A program made the translations under genes and the position numbers. Source: Candidatus Moanibacter sp. (GTDB taxonomy: Bacteria; Verrucomicrobiota; Verrucomicrobiia; Opitutales; UBA2987). From it: DNA of 64,000 bases. The notes under the pieces are model-generated. The model saw nothing but the letters and a program-made list of their open reading frames with translations. It had not been told where the DNA came from and made no database searches. Location: contig CBDCEW010000105.1 of NCBI GenBank assembly GCA_965215885.1, positions 160,001 through 224,000 of the forward strand, written 5' to 3'. This document shows, in pieces, positions 62,411 through 64,000 of this stretch. Position 1 is the stretch's first letter. Every line of letters starts with the position of its first letter.

Positions 62411-64000
62411 CTATCCCAGCTTCAATCCATACTGCCGGCGCCCATATCCGTAGGTCACCGCTCTAACCTTCTTCAGGTGCTTTCGCCAGTTTCCAGCAGC
62501 GTACTTTCGTTCGAAATCGTCAATGTTCTGATGGTACCGCTTCAGCAATTCCGATTTTACGGGAGACTGTGCGAAACTGAATTTCAGGCTGTTTCGACCG
62601 AGTCCGACAAGCTCTTCCCAGCAGAGGTTGAAATTGGTCACTGCCGAATAGTACTCGTCTGTCATGTTGGAGTCCCACATCCCCCGATCATCTGTCGATA
62701 GAGCACAGGGGATTCCCTGCCGCATGTAGATGGGAAAGGGATGATCCTTCGGGTCGTCAACATACTCCAGCAGATGATTGCTCACGAGATTGATCTCAAC
62801 CATAAACTTCCCCATCCGCATGAGCTGCATCGTCTCGGCATCATCGATCAGATTCACGCCATGACCGATTCGAGTCGCCCCAAGCCGCAGTGTGTCGAAG
62901 ATATGGGTAGAGGGCTCATCCTGCTCACCTGCATGGATCGCGATGCCCACCCCTGGATATTTCCGTAGCGCATTGTCGTAAGCCTCCGTGAATCTTGCCG
63001 GATATCCCTTCTGATTGTCCTCCCGGCCCGCCATGTTTAGTCCCCTCCACAGATCCCGGTGGTTGTAGATGAAATCGAACTTAGGTAGCACCTCGCTCGG
63101 CGCATCTGGTTTAAATCGCAGAATTGTCAAAAGGCAACGCACCGTCACTCCCGTTGCCAATGCATCGGACTGATTGAGGCGATTTTTGTATATCCCATAG
63201 GCATCATCCTCTGAGAGTTTGTTGCCGCGAGCGTCTTCGAAACCTCCTACACCGACTTGAGGCTCCATGTAGATAACCCCTTCCCTCCCCATCAGTTTCA
63301 TGTTCTCCACCAGCAGTTCCGACATGACATGCGGATTTTTGAACAGGTGGTTGATTCGTGACCAGGTTTTCTCGAAAAACTCTTCTCTCCCTTCCCCCGG
63401 TCGGTCCAGAACGATTGAGGACATCCAACTCTTCCGCTCCTCCTCATTGAGTTCCTCAACCGGTTTGAATTCCTTGCGGTTACATTCGGGTAGGCTCTTC
63501 CAGGCGCGCTCGTGAATATTAATCCAATAGAGCATGCTATTGCTGCCGCTCCTCCTCTGAGGAATCTTAAATTCCCGGCAATTCTCAATCTGATGGCGAG
63601 TGTAGTAGCGTTGCCCTCCATTCAGACTGGGATCGATCGCCACCTGATACCAGTTCTCCTGCAACGTCGCACCTCCATGATGATGATGAAGGTCACCCCC
63701 CTTAGGTACCGCGTACAAAAACCTGAAAAGTTCCTCAGCAGTCGCATCTCTCTTTATCTCTTCGAATACCTCTGCAAAGTCGCCAAGTTCACCGGTCACG
63801 GGGCCGCCAACCCCTAATCCGGTTAAAGCCGCCTTTCCCCCTGCCATTGCCGATAATTCTCCATTCGCTTTACCCTGCAGTTGGCTGATTCCCCCAACCG
63901 CGAGCGCAGAGAGCATCCCTTTCTTAAAGAACTCGCGACGGGAATTCTCCTTTTCTCCTCCATTAGAAGAATGCGACTCTTCTGCTTCCCGTGAGCCCGC
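62411..64000 (-). CDS. Adenosine deaminase family protein (ADA2/ADGF-like) with Tat motif; 5' end beyond window
   Basis: PKGGDLHHH, HAGE, RIGHG and STDD motifs; frame open from 64000 with SRREFFK upstream of the track's Met at 63916. Confidence 0.82.
   Translation of the reverse strand, partial: AGSREAEESHSSNGGEKENSRREFFKKGMLSALAVGGISQLQGKANGELSAMAGGKAALTGLGVGGPVTGELGDFAEVFEEIKRDATAEELFRFLYAVPKGGDLHHHHGGATLQENWYQVAIDPSLNGGQRYYTRHQIENCREFKIPQRRSGSNSMLYWINIHERAWKSLPECNRKEFKPVEELNEEERKSWMSSIVLDRPGEGREEFFEKTWSRINHLFKNPHVMSELLVENMKLMGREGVIYMEPQVGVGGFEDARGNKLSEDDAYGIYKNRLNQSDALATGVTVRCLLTILRFKPDAPSEVLPKFDFIYNHRDLWRGLNMAGREDNQKGYPARFTEAYDNALRKYPGVGIAIHAGEQDEPSTHIFDTLRLGATRIGHGVNLIDDAETMQLMRMGKFMVEINLVSNHLLEYVDDPKDHPFPIYMRQGIPCALSTDDRGMWDSNMTDEYYSAVTNFNLCWEELVGLGRNSLKFSFAQSPVKSELLKRYHQNIDDFERKYAAGNWRKHLKKVRAVTYGYGRRQYGLKLG

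Overview
Mostly core-genome bacterial chromosome; the repeat families and gene content suggest Verrucomicrobiota (Opitutae-like), which is an inference. About 0-42 kb holds housekeeping, transport and signalling genes (mlaE, recD2, two NupC/CNT paralogues, kamA, kdsB, rpsB-tsf, tRNA-Met, eda, murA-ruvB, folE2, mtaB, an orphan DNA methyltransferase, a partner-switching module). These are interspersed with at least three MITE-like repeat families, REP-like hairpins, two intact IS elements (ISAs1 and IS4) that both landed inside those repeats, and a tRNA-linked GIY-YIG remnant. The standout accessory locus (41.6-58.5 kb) is a 4028-aa single-module PKS-NRPS, KS-AT-DH-cMT-ER-KR-ACP-C-A(Gly)-PCP. 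It ends in an unusual domain resembling cyanobacterial acyl-ACP reductase, overlaps a sulfotransferase gene by 1 nt, and is divergent from an orphan RND pump. The window ends with a cluster of IS remnants, a frameshifted MASE1 hybrid kinase and a Tat-signal ADA2-like deaminase running off the edge. All calls come from reading motifs by eye; no database searches were run.
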